Of a stretch of DNA of 64,000 nucleotides, positions 55,931 to 64,000 are shown piece after piece (the stretch's first letter is position 1; every line of letters starts with the position of its first letter). The DNA is taken from the NCBI GenBank assembly GCA_036338695.1, contig JAYZBQ010000098.1:59-64058 (forward strand). The letters are read 5' to 3'. Position numbers and translations under genes: made by a program. Under the pieces are notes generated by a model. The model saw only the letters and a list, made by a program, of their open reading frames with translations. It had not been told where the DNA came from and did no database searches. The DNA comes from Myxococcota bacterium. GTDB lineage: Bacteria > Myxococcota > UBA4151.

Positions 55931-57163
55931 TTATCGACCCTCTGGGGTCAGATGCTTGGCGGCGTCGAACCAAGCGTTCATGCCGGGCATCACGCGCTCG
56001 AGCGCCGCTGGGTCGGTGTGGTGAAGCGAGAACGATTCGGCGAAGGACTCGCTCACGGAGACGGCGCCGTATCGCGTGGGGCCGTAGCGCCCGTTGGCGC
56101 GCTGTTGATAGGCGACCAGCGCCGGCATCTGCTCGCGCAGCCGGTGCGCTGTCGGGCGCAGCTGGTTGAGCTGTCGCGCCAGCGCATTCTTCTGGTTCGC
56201 CTTCTTCCGGAGCGCAGCGCGTGCGCGCTCGATGGCGTGGCGCCTCTGCGGGCTCCGTTGGGCGTTGCCGCTGGCGTTGTAGTCAACGATCTGCTCGTTG
56301 AGCCTGTGCTGGTCCGCCTTGAGCGATTCGACCAGGTCATTGTGCTGGTCGATCAGCTGATCCAGCGCGCACTCGATACGATGAAGCGGTACGGCGGCGA
56401 TGGCGTGCGCCACCTCATGCAGGATCGTCCGCTCCGAATTGCGAATGGGCCGGTGCGGTGAGCCGACAAAGATGAACCGATCGCTGGCGAAGGTGCGATC
56501 ATAGACACGGATCTCACGCCGGCAGCCCTTCTGGTAATAATGCCCGGCGTGGTTGGGGCTGTGCGAGGCATCGACTGGCAGGCGATGGCGGATGAAGGGG
56601 AGGTCGGCGATGTGCCGTCGCTCGCGCTCGCTCAAGCGATTCAGAGCGGACTGGATCACCTCCGCCTCCCCTTGGGTCCAGCGACCGTCGGCGTTGCGAA
56701 AGGGAGGCGCCGCTTGCGCCTGCGTACGCCCTGATGCGTTATCCCAGTTGGGCGAGCGAGCTGCTTCGATCGTCAGGTTGCCGCGCCGGTCAGACCAGCC
56801 CGTGACCGGGACGATGCGCGCCGAGGGGAGCGGGATAAGGAAGTCTGCTTCGGCGCCGACGAGCCGGGGGTTGGTCATCTGGTACGCGGCGCGCAAGACC
56901 GAATCCGGCAGCGCCGTCAACGCGTTTGGCTTAACCTGCTGCGGCTTGACGCCAGGAGCCTCGACGATATGGAGCGTGCGCGACCCCAAGCGCTGAGCGA
57001 GCGCCTGCGCCAGGGCGCGCCGCTTGGAAGAGGCGGTCGCTTTGCCCCGGTAGGCGTCCGTGGAATAATGCAAGGGTGGCGACGCCTTCGCCGCTGGGGC
57101 TGATCCCAAGCCGAGCGCGAGCGCACAGCACAGCGCCACCGCAGGTTGCGTCGAGACGGCCAT
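55931..57163 (-). CDS. Secreted hypothetical protein with an HExxH zinc-metallopeptidase-like motif
   Basis: Signal peptide MAVSTQPAVALCCALALGLGSAPAAKA. HEVAH motif followed by a coiled-coil-like region. The start is chosen at 57163 (the ORF extends to 57238). Confidence 0.5.
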   Translation of the reverse strand: MAVSTQPAVALCCALALGLGSAPAAKASPPLHYSTDAYRGKATASSKRRALAQALAQRLGSRTLHIVEAPGVKPQQVKPNALTALPDSVLRAAYQMTNPRLVGAEADFLIPLPSARIVPVTGWSDRRGNLTIEAARSPNWDNASGRTQAQAAPPFRNADGRWTQGEAEVIQSALNRLSERERRHIADLPFIRHRLPVDASHSPNHAGHYYQKGCRREIRVYDRTFASDRFIFVGSPHRPIRNSERTILHEVAHAIAAVPLHRIECALDQLIDQHNDLVESLKADQHRLNEQIVDYNASGNAQRSPQRRHAIERARAALRKKANQKNALARQLNQLRPTAHRLREQMPALVAYQQRANGRYGPTRYGAVSVSESFAESFSLHHTDPAALERVMPGMNAWFDAAKHLTPEGR

Positions 57164-57443
57164 CGTACCTCGTTTTGAGTGGACAGGGATAAGACGTGGC
57201 GACGCCCTCAATTCTTCGCTTCTCCATTGATTTGTCAACTGACGGGCAGTTTGGATGGCGCACGAGCGGATGAACTGCTTGCGCCCGTTTCGCCCAAACG
57301 TTCGAGGTTTTCGTGGCGATAGATCGGCTGATAGCCGCTCTTTAGCCGGTTGTGCTGCTCTTTGCGGGTGTTCTTTGCGGATTCAAACCGATAGACCCGG
57401 TTAGGGGCAGGTGCGACGCGCCACTCGACGTGTGAGGTATGCG

Positions 57444-58427
57444 ATGATGGTTCGATGGGTCTGTGCGCTGGTGGTGCTGTGTTTGTGCACGCCGGGTGCG
57501 TCCATGGCGGCGAGCACGCCGCGCCAAGCTGAGGCGTTCGAGGGGACCGTGATCGCCAAAGGTCAACGCAAGCGTCGTCGAAAGCGTCGAAAGAAACGGC
57601 GTCGTCGCGCCAAGGCGCCGGCGAAGAAGGTCGTCCCCCCGGTCACACCGGCTGCACGGCCTGAGCCTGCGCCGGCGGCTCAGGAGCCGAAAGAGGCTTC
57701 ACCCAAACCTGAGCCTGAGAAAGCCAGCGAGCCACTCGGCGAGGGAGCGGTCGCTGTGCTCGAGCTCAAGGCGATGCACGGGGTCGAGGCTTCTCTGGCG
57801 GAGCTCTTGGCGGAGGTGGTGCTGACGCGTCTGGCTGAGTCCAAGGCTTTTCCACGCGTCATCGGTGGCTCCGATCTGCGCGACTTGATGAGCCTCGAGC
57901 AGCAAAAGCAGGTGATGGGCTGCGGTGATGACAGCTGCCTAGCTGAACTCGGTGGGGCGCTCGGGGTGCCTTATCTGGTCTCGCCATCTCTCGGGAAACT
58001 CGGCAGCGTCTTTGTGATCAACCTCAAGGTCACCGACGTCGAGAACGCATCGGTTAAGGGACGGATCTCCCGCGAGGTCGCCACGGTCGAGGCGCTCAAG
58101 GGCGAGCTTGAGGCCGCCGTCGATGAGCTCTTGGTCCAAGTGTTTGCGCTGCAGCCACCTGCGGCGCCTGCGGCGGAGGCACGACCTGCCATGGAGCGCC
58201 CACGCTGGCGCCGACTGAGCTGGGTCGTCGGCGGCGTCGGCGCGCTCAGCTTGGGCGCGAGCTACGGTGTCCACCGAGCGGCCGTGGATGCATTTGATCA
58301 GTCTTCGAAAACGCTCGCCGATTACGACGAAGCCTTTGTTCAGACACAGCAAGCCAACACGATCCTTGGGGTCGGTGCATCGAGCCTCGGGGCGGCAGCG
58401 TTGTTGTGGTGGTTAGGAGGAGGCTGA
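57444..58427 (+). CDS. Secreted/membrane-anchored hypothetical protein with a polybasic tract
   Basis: GAGG lies 6 nt before the ATG at 57444. Signal peptide MMVRWVCALVVLCLCTPGASMA. The tract is KGQRKRRRKRRKKRRRRAKAPAKK. A CGDDSCLAELGGALG module and a C-terminal TM helix follow. Confidence 0.6.
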   Translation: MMVRWVCALVVLCLCTPGASMAASTPRQAEAFEGTVIAKGQRKRRRKRRKKRRRRAKAPAKKVVPPVTPAARPEPAPAAQEPKEASPKPEPEKASEPLGEGAVAVLELKAMHGVEASLAELLAEVVLTRLAESKAFPRVIGGSDLRDLMSLEQQKQVMGCGDDSCLAELGGALGVPYLVSPSLGKLGSVFVINLKVTDVENASVKGRISREVATVEALKGELEAAVDELLVQVFALQPPAAPAAEARPAMERPRWRRLSWVVGGVGALSLGASYGVHRAAVDAFDQSSKTLADYDEAFVQTQQANTILGVGASSLGAAALLWWLGGG

Positions 58428-60526
58428 TGCGCTCAGCCGTATTTGGATTGCTCACGGGGCTGCTGTGTTTGGGGTGCTTTGAGCCGCCCGGCGAGCCGTG
58501 TGAGACCGCAGCCGACTGCGCAGCCGGGTTGAGCTGCGTCACGATTGAGGCGCGCAGTATCTGTTTGGGCATCGACGCCCCGGACGCCGGAGGGCTGGCT
58601 CCAGACGACGCCGGCGCCGTCGTGCCGGACGCATCGGTGGATGCCGGCGGCGCACGCAGCGACGCCTCCTCACCGGGTGATGGGGGATCGACTGGGGACG
58701 CAGGGGTGCCCGATCCGCGTGCGATGATCGCTGCGCTCGGGAGTCGCCACAGCTGCGCCGTCACGGGTGGTGAGGCGCCTGCGTTTCGCTGTTTTGGTGA
58801 CAACGCCTACGGTCAGCTTGGGGTTGGCGATCGACTTGGGCGCTACGTCCCGGTGGCGCCGACGGCGTTTAGCGGCGTCATCCCGGATCAGCTGGCGCTC
58901 GGTGACGGGTTCACCTGCGGCGTCTTCGCTGGAGACCTGTGGTGTTGGGGGCGGGACCCGAGGGATTTGAGTGACCCGGAGCGGCCGTGGCAGATCGCGT
59001 TGCCTCGAGGGCAAGCGGTGCGGCAGCTGGCGGCAGGCGCTCGGCACCTGTGCCTGCTGATGGCGGACGGAACAGTGGCGTGTTGGGGTCATCACGACCG
59101 CGGTCAGATCGGGCTGGCGCTCGATGCCGCAAACCCCGGCACCTTGGTCACGGTCGAGGGGCTCGAGGACGTCGTCACCATCGCCGCGGGGGGTGAGCAA
59201 AGCTGCGCCGTCAAGGCGTCGGGGCGAGTGTCGTGTTGGGGGCGTCGTCATGACGTGAACGAGAACATCGACGGGGTTGATGGCTCCGTGCGCGAGCTCG
59301 CCGAGTTCGGCGAGGTGGTGTCTCTGGCTGTGGGGCATCAACACGTCTGTGCGCTTGGTGCCGACGGCGTCATGCGCTGCCTAGGGGACAACACGCATAA
59401 ACAGATCGATGACCAGGCTGGGGCGCAACGACCCGTGACGGCGTTGCCGTCTTTGGGTGTGGGGCAGGTGCCGGTCTCGCTGCACGCAGCGGCGCGCTCA
59501 ACCTGCGCCGTGACGCAAGCGGGGGGCGTGTCGTGCTGGGGCGACTTCAGCGGTCGTGATTCCGTGCTCCCTCAGCCGGTCTCAGGGCTGGTGGGTGTCG
59601 ATCGACTGATCGCAAGCCCACAGGCGAATCATTTCTGCGCCGTGACCCGCGATGAGGCGCTGTGGTGTTGGGGTGAGGATGATTTTGGGCAGCTGGGGCG
59701 GGGGCGTTATGCCGCCGAGTCCTTTGTTGTCGAGCCCGAGCAGGTCGAGCTGACGCGTGCGCCGAGCGGTGGCTTTGGAGACCCCGCAAAAAGTTGTCGT
59801 GCGCTGCTTGAACACTACCCCGAGCGACCGTCAGGTCAGTATCAAATCGACCCTGACGGCGACGGCGAGTTTACCGTGCATTGCGACATGGAGCTTGGCG
59901 ATGGCGGTTGGACGCTTGTGATGCTGCTCGACGGTCAAGCCGACGCGAGCGTCACGGGTTTTGACGGGACGATTTGGGATCAGCGCTACCAAGGCGGTGA
60001 CTTGCCGGTCGATCTGGTTCCAGGGGGTGTCAGTTATCGCTCGCCGGCCTACGAGCGGCTCTCCTTTGGGGCGGTGAGTCCCGGGATGCGCTCCGTTAAC
60101 GGAACGACCTGGCAGCGCCTTGTGGTCCACGATCAAGCCCGCGCCTCGCTAGCGAGCGTGACCATGGGCGAAGGCGCTACCGAATTCGCAGATTCTGAGC
60201 GGCCCTTCGAAGGGCGCGACGGGTGGTGCGGTTTGTTCGCTGAGGAGGATGCGCCGATCTGCCGAGTCTATCGCAACGGCGCGTTCGAGGCGCAAGGCTA
60301 CAACCTCTCGTTTCGTCAGGGCGCCTTGCGTTTGGGGATCCTGGCTTCGGAAGGTGTGGGCAGCTGCAACGGCCGAGAGGACCCCAACCGTTCCATCTAC
60401 CTTGGTTTTGGAGGCAATTTGACCTTGAGCACGGGGCTACGCTCACAAGGCGCGATCCAGCCGCGGAGTAATTGCGAAGGGTATAATTTCACCCATGCAG
60501 CGCATGGACAGATCTGGGTCCGCTAG
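58427..60526 (+). CDS. Lipoprotein with RCC1-like beta-propeller repeats and a C-terminal fibrinogen-related-like domain
   Basis: Lipobox LLCLGC. RCC1-type repeats are HSCAV..GDNAYGQLGVGD, HLCLL..GHHDRGQIG, HVCAL..GDNTHKQ, HFCAV..GEDDFGQLGRG. The C-terminus reads CRALLEHYPERPSGQYQIDPDGDGEFTVHCDMELGDGGWTLV. Confidence 0.7.
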   Translation: MRSAVFGLLTGLLCLGCFEPPGEPCETAADCAAGLSCVTIEARSICLGIDAPDAGGLAPDDAGAVVPDASVDAGGARSDASSPGDGGSTGDAGVPDPRAMIAALGSRHSCAVTGGEAPAFRCFGDNAYGQLGVGDRLGRYVPVAPTAFSGVIPDQLALGDGFTCGVFAGDLWCWGRDPRDLSDPERPWQIALPRGQAVRQLAAGARHLCLLMADGTVACWGHHDRGQIGLALDAANPGTLVTVEGLEDVVTIAAGGEQSCAVKASGRVSCWGRRHDVNENIDGVDGSVRELAEFGEVVSLAVGHQHVCALGADGVMRCLGDNTHKQIDDQAGAQRPVTALPSLGVGQVPVSLHAAARSTCAVTQAGGVSCWGDFSGRDSVLPQPVSGLVGVDRLIASPQANHFCAVTRDEALWCWGEDDFGQLGRGRYAAESFVVEPEQVELTRAPSGGFGDPAKSCRALLEHYPERPSGQYQIDPDGDGEFTVHCDMELGDGGWTLVMLLDGQADASVTGFDGTIWDQRYQGGDLPVDLVPGGVSYRSPAYERLSFGAVSPGMRSVNGTTWQRLVVHDQARASLASVTMGEGATEFADSERPFEGRDGWCGLFAEEDAPICRVYRNGAFEAQGYNLSFRQGALRLGILASEGVGSCNGREDPNRSIYLGFGGNLTLSTGLRSQGAIQPRSNCEGYNFTHAAHGQIWVR

Positions 60527-60554
60527 GTGAGCGGGTCAACGACGAGGGACAACC

Positions 60555-61751
60555 ATGAGTGAAGAGTTTCGCGAGATCGAAGAGGTCGGGCTCGGTCAAA
60601 ATCTAAAGAACGCCGCCGGGGGTGTCCTGGTGGGCTTCTTGATGTTTGTCGGCGCGTTTCCGTTGCTTTGGTGGAACGAAGGGCGAGCGGTCTCGACCGC
60701 GCAGATGCTCGCTGAAGCGAAAGGTGGGGTGGTCTCCGTCGACTCGGCCGAAGACCCTGCTCGTCACGAGGGCAAGCTGGTTCATCTGCAAGGTGAGATC
60801 GCCGTCGATCAGGAGGTGGTGGACAGCACCTTTGGTGTGAAGGTCAAGCGCCCGGGGCTGGAGCGGCAGGTCGAGATGTATCAGTGGACCGAGCGGGTCA
60901 AGACCAAGGAAGAGCAGAAAGTCGGCGGGGGCACGCGCAAGATTAAGACCTACAGCTACAGCAAGACCTGGTCGAAAGAGGCGATCTCGTCGGGCGCGTT
61001 CAAGCGACCGGAGGGGCATGAGAACCCTGCGATGCCCTTTCGGAGCTGGAGCGCCCGGGCAGAAGCCGGATCGATCGGCGCGTTTGCGGTCGACCGCGCG
61101 GTGCTGAGCGAGGTGGACGCGCAGGAGCCGCTCAAGCTTGACGACGCCTTTATGGAACAGCTCAAGGCGCGTGTCGGCGCACGCTCGGTTAACCTCCAAG
61201 GTGAGGGCAACAGCGCCTATGTTGGCGACGCCAGCTCGCCGAAGATCGGAGACCTCAGGATCTCGTATTTTCAGCTCAAGCCAGACGTCAGCGTCATCGC
61301 GCAGCCAACGGACGGCGTGCTCAAGTCCAAGAGCATGAGCAACGGCAAAGCCTTATTGATCGTCGCCAGTGGGAAGAAGACGGCACAAGAGATGATCGAG
61401 TGGGAAGAGACGAAGAACACGGCGATGACCTGGTTGTTTCGCCTGGGCGGCTTCTTGATGATGTTCTTCGGGGTCAAGGCGATGCTGGGCGTCGTCGTCG
61501 CGCTCGCCAATATCTTGCCCTTTCTGGGCGGGCTCGCTGACTTCGGAACCAGCCTGATCGGGGGCGCGGTCGCCGTGCCGTGTGCGCTGGTGACCATCGC
61601 CTTGGCGTGGATCGCTTACCGGCCGATGATCGGGGTAACCTTGCTGGTGATCGGGGTGGTCGTCACGGTCGGTCTGCTGCGCAAAGGCAAGAGCGACCGG
61701 ATGGTGACGCTGGCCGACGGCTCGCAAGTCGAGATGCCCGGTTCGTCCTAA
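60555..61751 (+). CDS. TMEM43 (LUMA)/DUF1625-like membrane protein
   Basis: N-terminal TM followed by LLWWNEGRAV and EMYQWTE motifs. There is a C-terminal cluster of TM helices. Confidence 0.65.
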   Translation: MSEEFREIEEVGLGQNLKNAAGGVLVGFLMFVGAFPLLWWNEGRAVSTAQMLAEAKGGVVSVDSAEDPARHEGKLVHLQGEIAVDQEVVDSTFGVKVKRPGLERQVEMYQWTERVKTKEEQKVGGGTRKIKTYSYSKTWSKEAISSGAFKRPEGHENPAMPFRSWSARAEAGSIGAFAVDRAVLSEVDAQEPLKLDDAFMEQLKARVGARSVNLQGEGNSAYVGDASSPKIGDLRISYFQLKPDVSVIAQPTDGVLKSKSMSNGKALLIVASGKKTAQEMIEWEETKNTAMTWLFRLGGFLMMFFGVKAMLGVVVALANILPFLGGLADFGTSLIGGAVAVPCALVTIALAWIAYRPMIGVTLLVIGVVVTVGLLRKGKSDRMVTLADGSQVEMPGSS

Positions 61752-61780
61752 CGCTTGGACGCGCCGACCCTGGCGAGCGG

Positions 61781-63439
61781 ATGCGTTTCGGTGCTAGGTC
61801 CGCAGGACCCGGGGCGGAGCGCGACGTGTCAGCATACGATTACATAGTGGTAGGTGCCGGCTCAGCCGGCTGCGTCGTGGCGAGCCGCCTGTCGCAGGAC
61901 GCCAGCTGTCGCGTGCTCTTGCTCGAGGCAGGGCGTAGCGATCGGACGGCGATCTGCAAGGTGCCCGGCATGATGTCGATGTTGCACACCGTCCCCCAGG
62001 TGAAGGCAATGTTTGATTGGGGGTACAAAGCCAAGCAGCGCCCCGAGACCATCGATCGAAAGATGCCTTACGTCCGGGGTAAGGTGATGGGCGGCTCATC
62101 CGCCATCAACGGCTTGTTGTTCGTGCGCGGGCACCGACGCAACTACGACGAGTGGGCTGAGGAGGGCTGCGCAGGCTGGGACTTCGAGTCGGTCTTGCCC
62201 TACTTTAAGCGGCTTGAGTCCTTTGAGGATGGTGAGAGCGCTCTGCGCGGGGGCAGCGGCCCGGTTCAGGTGACGCGCCCGAACGCCATCAGCCCGGTAT
62301 CCGACGCCTTCGCCGATGCGGTGGCGAGCAGCTTTGGGGTCGAGCGCATCGATGACTACAACGGCGAGCAGCAGACCGGCGCCTCGTTGATTCAGATGTC
62401 GGTCAAGGATGGGCTCCGGTACAGCACCTCGGAGGCGTACATTGAGCCGCACCGTCAACGCCCCAATCTGACGGTTGAGATCAACGCTCTTGTTCATAAA
62501 GTAGTTATTAAAGATGGGCGCGCTGTTGGGGTCGAATACAGCGTCGGCGGCGAGCTCAAGACGGCGCAGGCTTCGAGCGAGGTTGTGCTCAGCGCAGGCG
62601 TCATCGGATCGGCGCAGATCCTGATGTTGTCCGGCGTGGGGCCTGCTGAGCATTTAGCGGAGCACGGGATCGACTGCGTTGCGGATTTGCCCGTTGGTCA
62701 GAACCTGCACGACCACCTCTTCTTTCCCATGGTCTACACGGCGCCGCGCGGCGGGCATCGCGGGACCCCGTGGCACTTTTTCTCTGGGATGCTCAAGGAG
62801 CGGTTGTTCGGCGGGACCTGGTTCGGTCGCACGGTGTTCGAGACCTTTGGGTTTGTGCCTTTGATGCGAGACGATGGCGTTCCCGATCTGCAGATTCACG
62901 CCTTGCCGTGGGCCTATCCGGCCCCGAATCAAGACGCCCCGGTGCGCCCCACGGTCGACCTGCGCCCCTGCCTGACGATCCTTCCGACGCTGATCTACCC
63001 GAAGAGCCGCGGCGAGGTTCGACTCAAGAGCGCGGCGCCGGATGAGCACCCAGTGATCGACCCTGCCTTCCTCGCTGAGCAAGCGGACGTCGACTTCTTT
63101 ATGCGGGCGATCGAGCGCATCCGGCAGACCTGCGAGGACCCGGCGGTCGCCCATGAGTTCACCGGCGAGCTCGAGCCTGGGCAACCCTTTAAGGATCCAG
63201 CGGCGCTGCGGCGCGAGCTGCCCAATCGGGTCCATACGGTCTATCATCCGGTCGGCACCTGCCGGATGGGTACGGACAGCCGCGCCGTGGTCAACCCTGA
63301 CCTCGAAGTGCTAGGCGTTGAGGGCTTACGCGTGGCCGATGCATCGATCATGCCGCACGTGATCGGCGGCAACACCAACGCGCCGAGCATCATGATCGGC
63401 GAAAAAGCCGCGGACCTGATCCGGTCGTCGCAGGTCTAG
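61781..63439 (+). CDS. GMC family oxidoreductase (choline dehydrogenase-like)
   Basis: YDYIVVGAGSAGCVVASRLS, GKVMGGSSAINGL, and a C-terminal HPVGTCRMG...ASIMP. The start at 61781 is uncertain. Confidence 0.85.
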   Translation: MRFGARSAGPGAERDVSAYDYIVVGAGSAGCVVASRLSQDASCRVLLLEAGRSDRTAICKVPGMMSMLHTVPQVKAMFDWGYKAKQRPETIDRKMPYVRGKVMGGSSAINGLLFVRGHRRNYDEWAEEGCAGWDFESVLPYFKRLESFEDGESALRGGSGPVQVTRPNAISPVSDAFADAVASSFGVERIDDYNGEQQTGASLIQMSVKDGLRYSTSEAYIEPHRQRPNLTVEINALVHKVVIKDGRAVGVEYSVGGELKTAQASSEVVLSAGVIGSAQILMLSGVGPAEHLAEHGIDCVADLPVGQNLHDHLFFPMVYTAPRGGHRGTPWHFFSGMLKERLFGGTWFGRTVFETFGFVPLMRDDGVPDLQIHALPWAYPAPNQDAPVRPTVDLRPCLTILPTLIYPKSRGEVRLKSAAPDEHPVIDPAFLAEQADVDFFMRAIERIRQTCEDPAVAHEFTGELEPGQPFKDPAALRRELPNRVHTVYHPVGTCRMGTDSRAVVNPDLEVLGVEGLRVADASIMPHVIGGNTNAPSIMIGEKAADLIRSSQV

Positions 63440-64000
63440 ATTCGGGACAGCTCGCGCAGGACCTGGTTTGCTCGCAAGCGGGACTGCAGGTACTCGTGCG
63501 CATTGAGCGCCTCGTACCGAAGCCCCTTGGTCTCGTCGGCGCATGAGGCGATCGGGGTGAGCATCGTGTCCGGATGCGGGTGGATAAAGAAGGGCATCGA
63601 ATAGCGGGCGTTGCGCTGGTTCGCAGGCGCCACCACCCGGTGCGTGGTGGCGGGGAAGCGGCCGTTGGTGAGCCGCTGAAACATATCGCCGGTGTCGGCG
63701 ATGAGCTGCCCCGGGACCGGATGAATCGGCAGCCACTCTCCGTCGCGGGTCAGCAGCTCGAGGCCTGGCTCGGTCGCCTCGGACAGCAGGGTCATCATGT
63801 TGATGTCTTCGTGCGCCGCAGCCCAGACCGCTCCTTGCTGAGACGAGTCGGTCTCTGGTTTAGGGTAGTGGATGCTGCGCAGCACCGTGTTCCCGCCTAC
63901 GAGCATGTCGGTGAAGGTGTTCGGCGGCACCTCGAGGTAGTGCGCCAGCGCCTCGAAGAGCAGCAGACCGCAGGCGTGCAGTTCGTCGTAAAACTCAAGC
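63436..64000 (-). CDS. 2OG-Fe(II) oxygenase (isopenicillin-N-synthase-like family), C-terminal part; 5' end beyond the window
   Basis: The frame stays open to position 64000 (LEFYDELHACGLLLFEALAHYLE...). HxD in AAHEDIN, distal His in TTHRV, plus RYSMPFF. Confidence 0.8.
   Translation of the reverse strand, partial: LEFYDELHACGLLLFEALAHYLEVPPNTFTDMLVGGNTVLRSIHYPKPETDSSQQGAVWAAAHEDINMMTLLSEATEPGLELLTRDGEWLPIHPVPGQLIADTGDMFQRLTNGRFPATTHRVVAPANQRNARYSMPFFIHPHPDTMLTPIASCADETKGLRYEALNAHEYLQSRLRANQVLRELSRI

Noticed and set aside
57210-57238. A perfect TTGACA -35 hexamer on the minus strand (57233-57238) upstream of the HExxH gene.
   Set aside because: The hexamer at the 17-nt spacing (AGAATT) is a poor -10 match. 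A single hexamer is not enough to call a promoter.
7811-61751. Genome-wide reassignment of TAA to a sense codon as the explanation for the three internal TAAs.
   Set aside because: At least eight genes in this window end at TAA with natural C-termini, immediately followed by intergenic sequence or the next gene's RBS. TAA therefore clearly functions as a terminator.
1-64000. A search by eye for tRNA/rRNA genes, CRISPR repeats, transposases, integrases, phage genes or toxin-antitoxin pairs.
   Set aside because: None was recognised. Coding density leaves no gap larger than about 280 bp, and the gaps show no cloverleaf-like or repeat-spacer structure. This is a visual check only; tRNAscan, Infernal or CRISPR finders were not run.

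Overview
This is a strongly GC-rich, very gene-dense bacterial chromosomal segment. I call about 55 protein-coding genes. I could not recognise any rRNA, tRNA, CRISPR array, transposase or integrase by eye. All calls come from reading the six-frame ORF track, my own translations and remembered family motifs; no database search or computation was run.

Content:
- Core functions: prfA 5' end, rpmE, an asnB-like gene, mutY, uvrC, glpD, two PlsC-type acyltransferases, ltaE, an isovaleryl-CoA-dehydrogenase-like gene, a P450, a nitronate monooxygenase and a GMC oxidoreductase.
- Many secreted, lipoprotein and Cys-rich genes. Their CGNxxxExGEECDDGN repeats suggest a Myxococcota/Bradymonadota-like organism; this is an inference.

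Most notable observations:
1. Three conserved genes are each split by a single in-frame TAA: a SMUG1-type uracil-DNA glycosylase, a DUF3105 lipoprotein and another lipoprotein. In SMUG1 the TAA replaces the conserved Tyr of the YNP motif. TAA is also a normal terminator elsewhere in the window.
2. A bacterial topoisomerase VI operon (top6B-top6A).
3. An 1100-aa protein with aminotransferase, GNAT and degenerate aminotransferase domains.
4. A protein with nucleotide cyclase, STAND ATPase and TPR domains.
5. A fusion of an outer-membrane-barrel-like domain to thioredoxin, sitting among Cys-rich secreted proteins.
6. A lipoprotein combining RCC1 repeats with a fibrinogen-like domain, flanked by a polybasic secreted protein and a TMEM43-like protein.
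7. Six convergent gene pairs that terminate inside a shared CTAG tetranucleotide.
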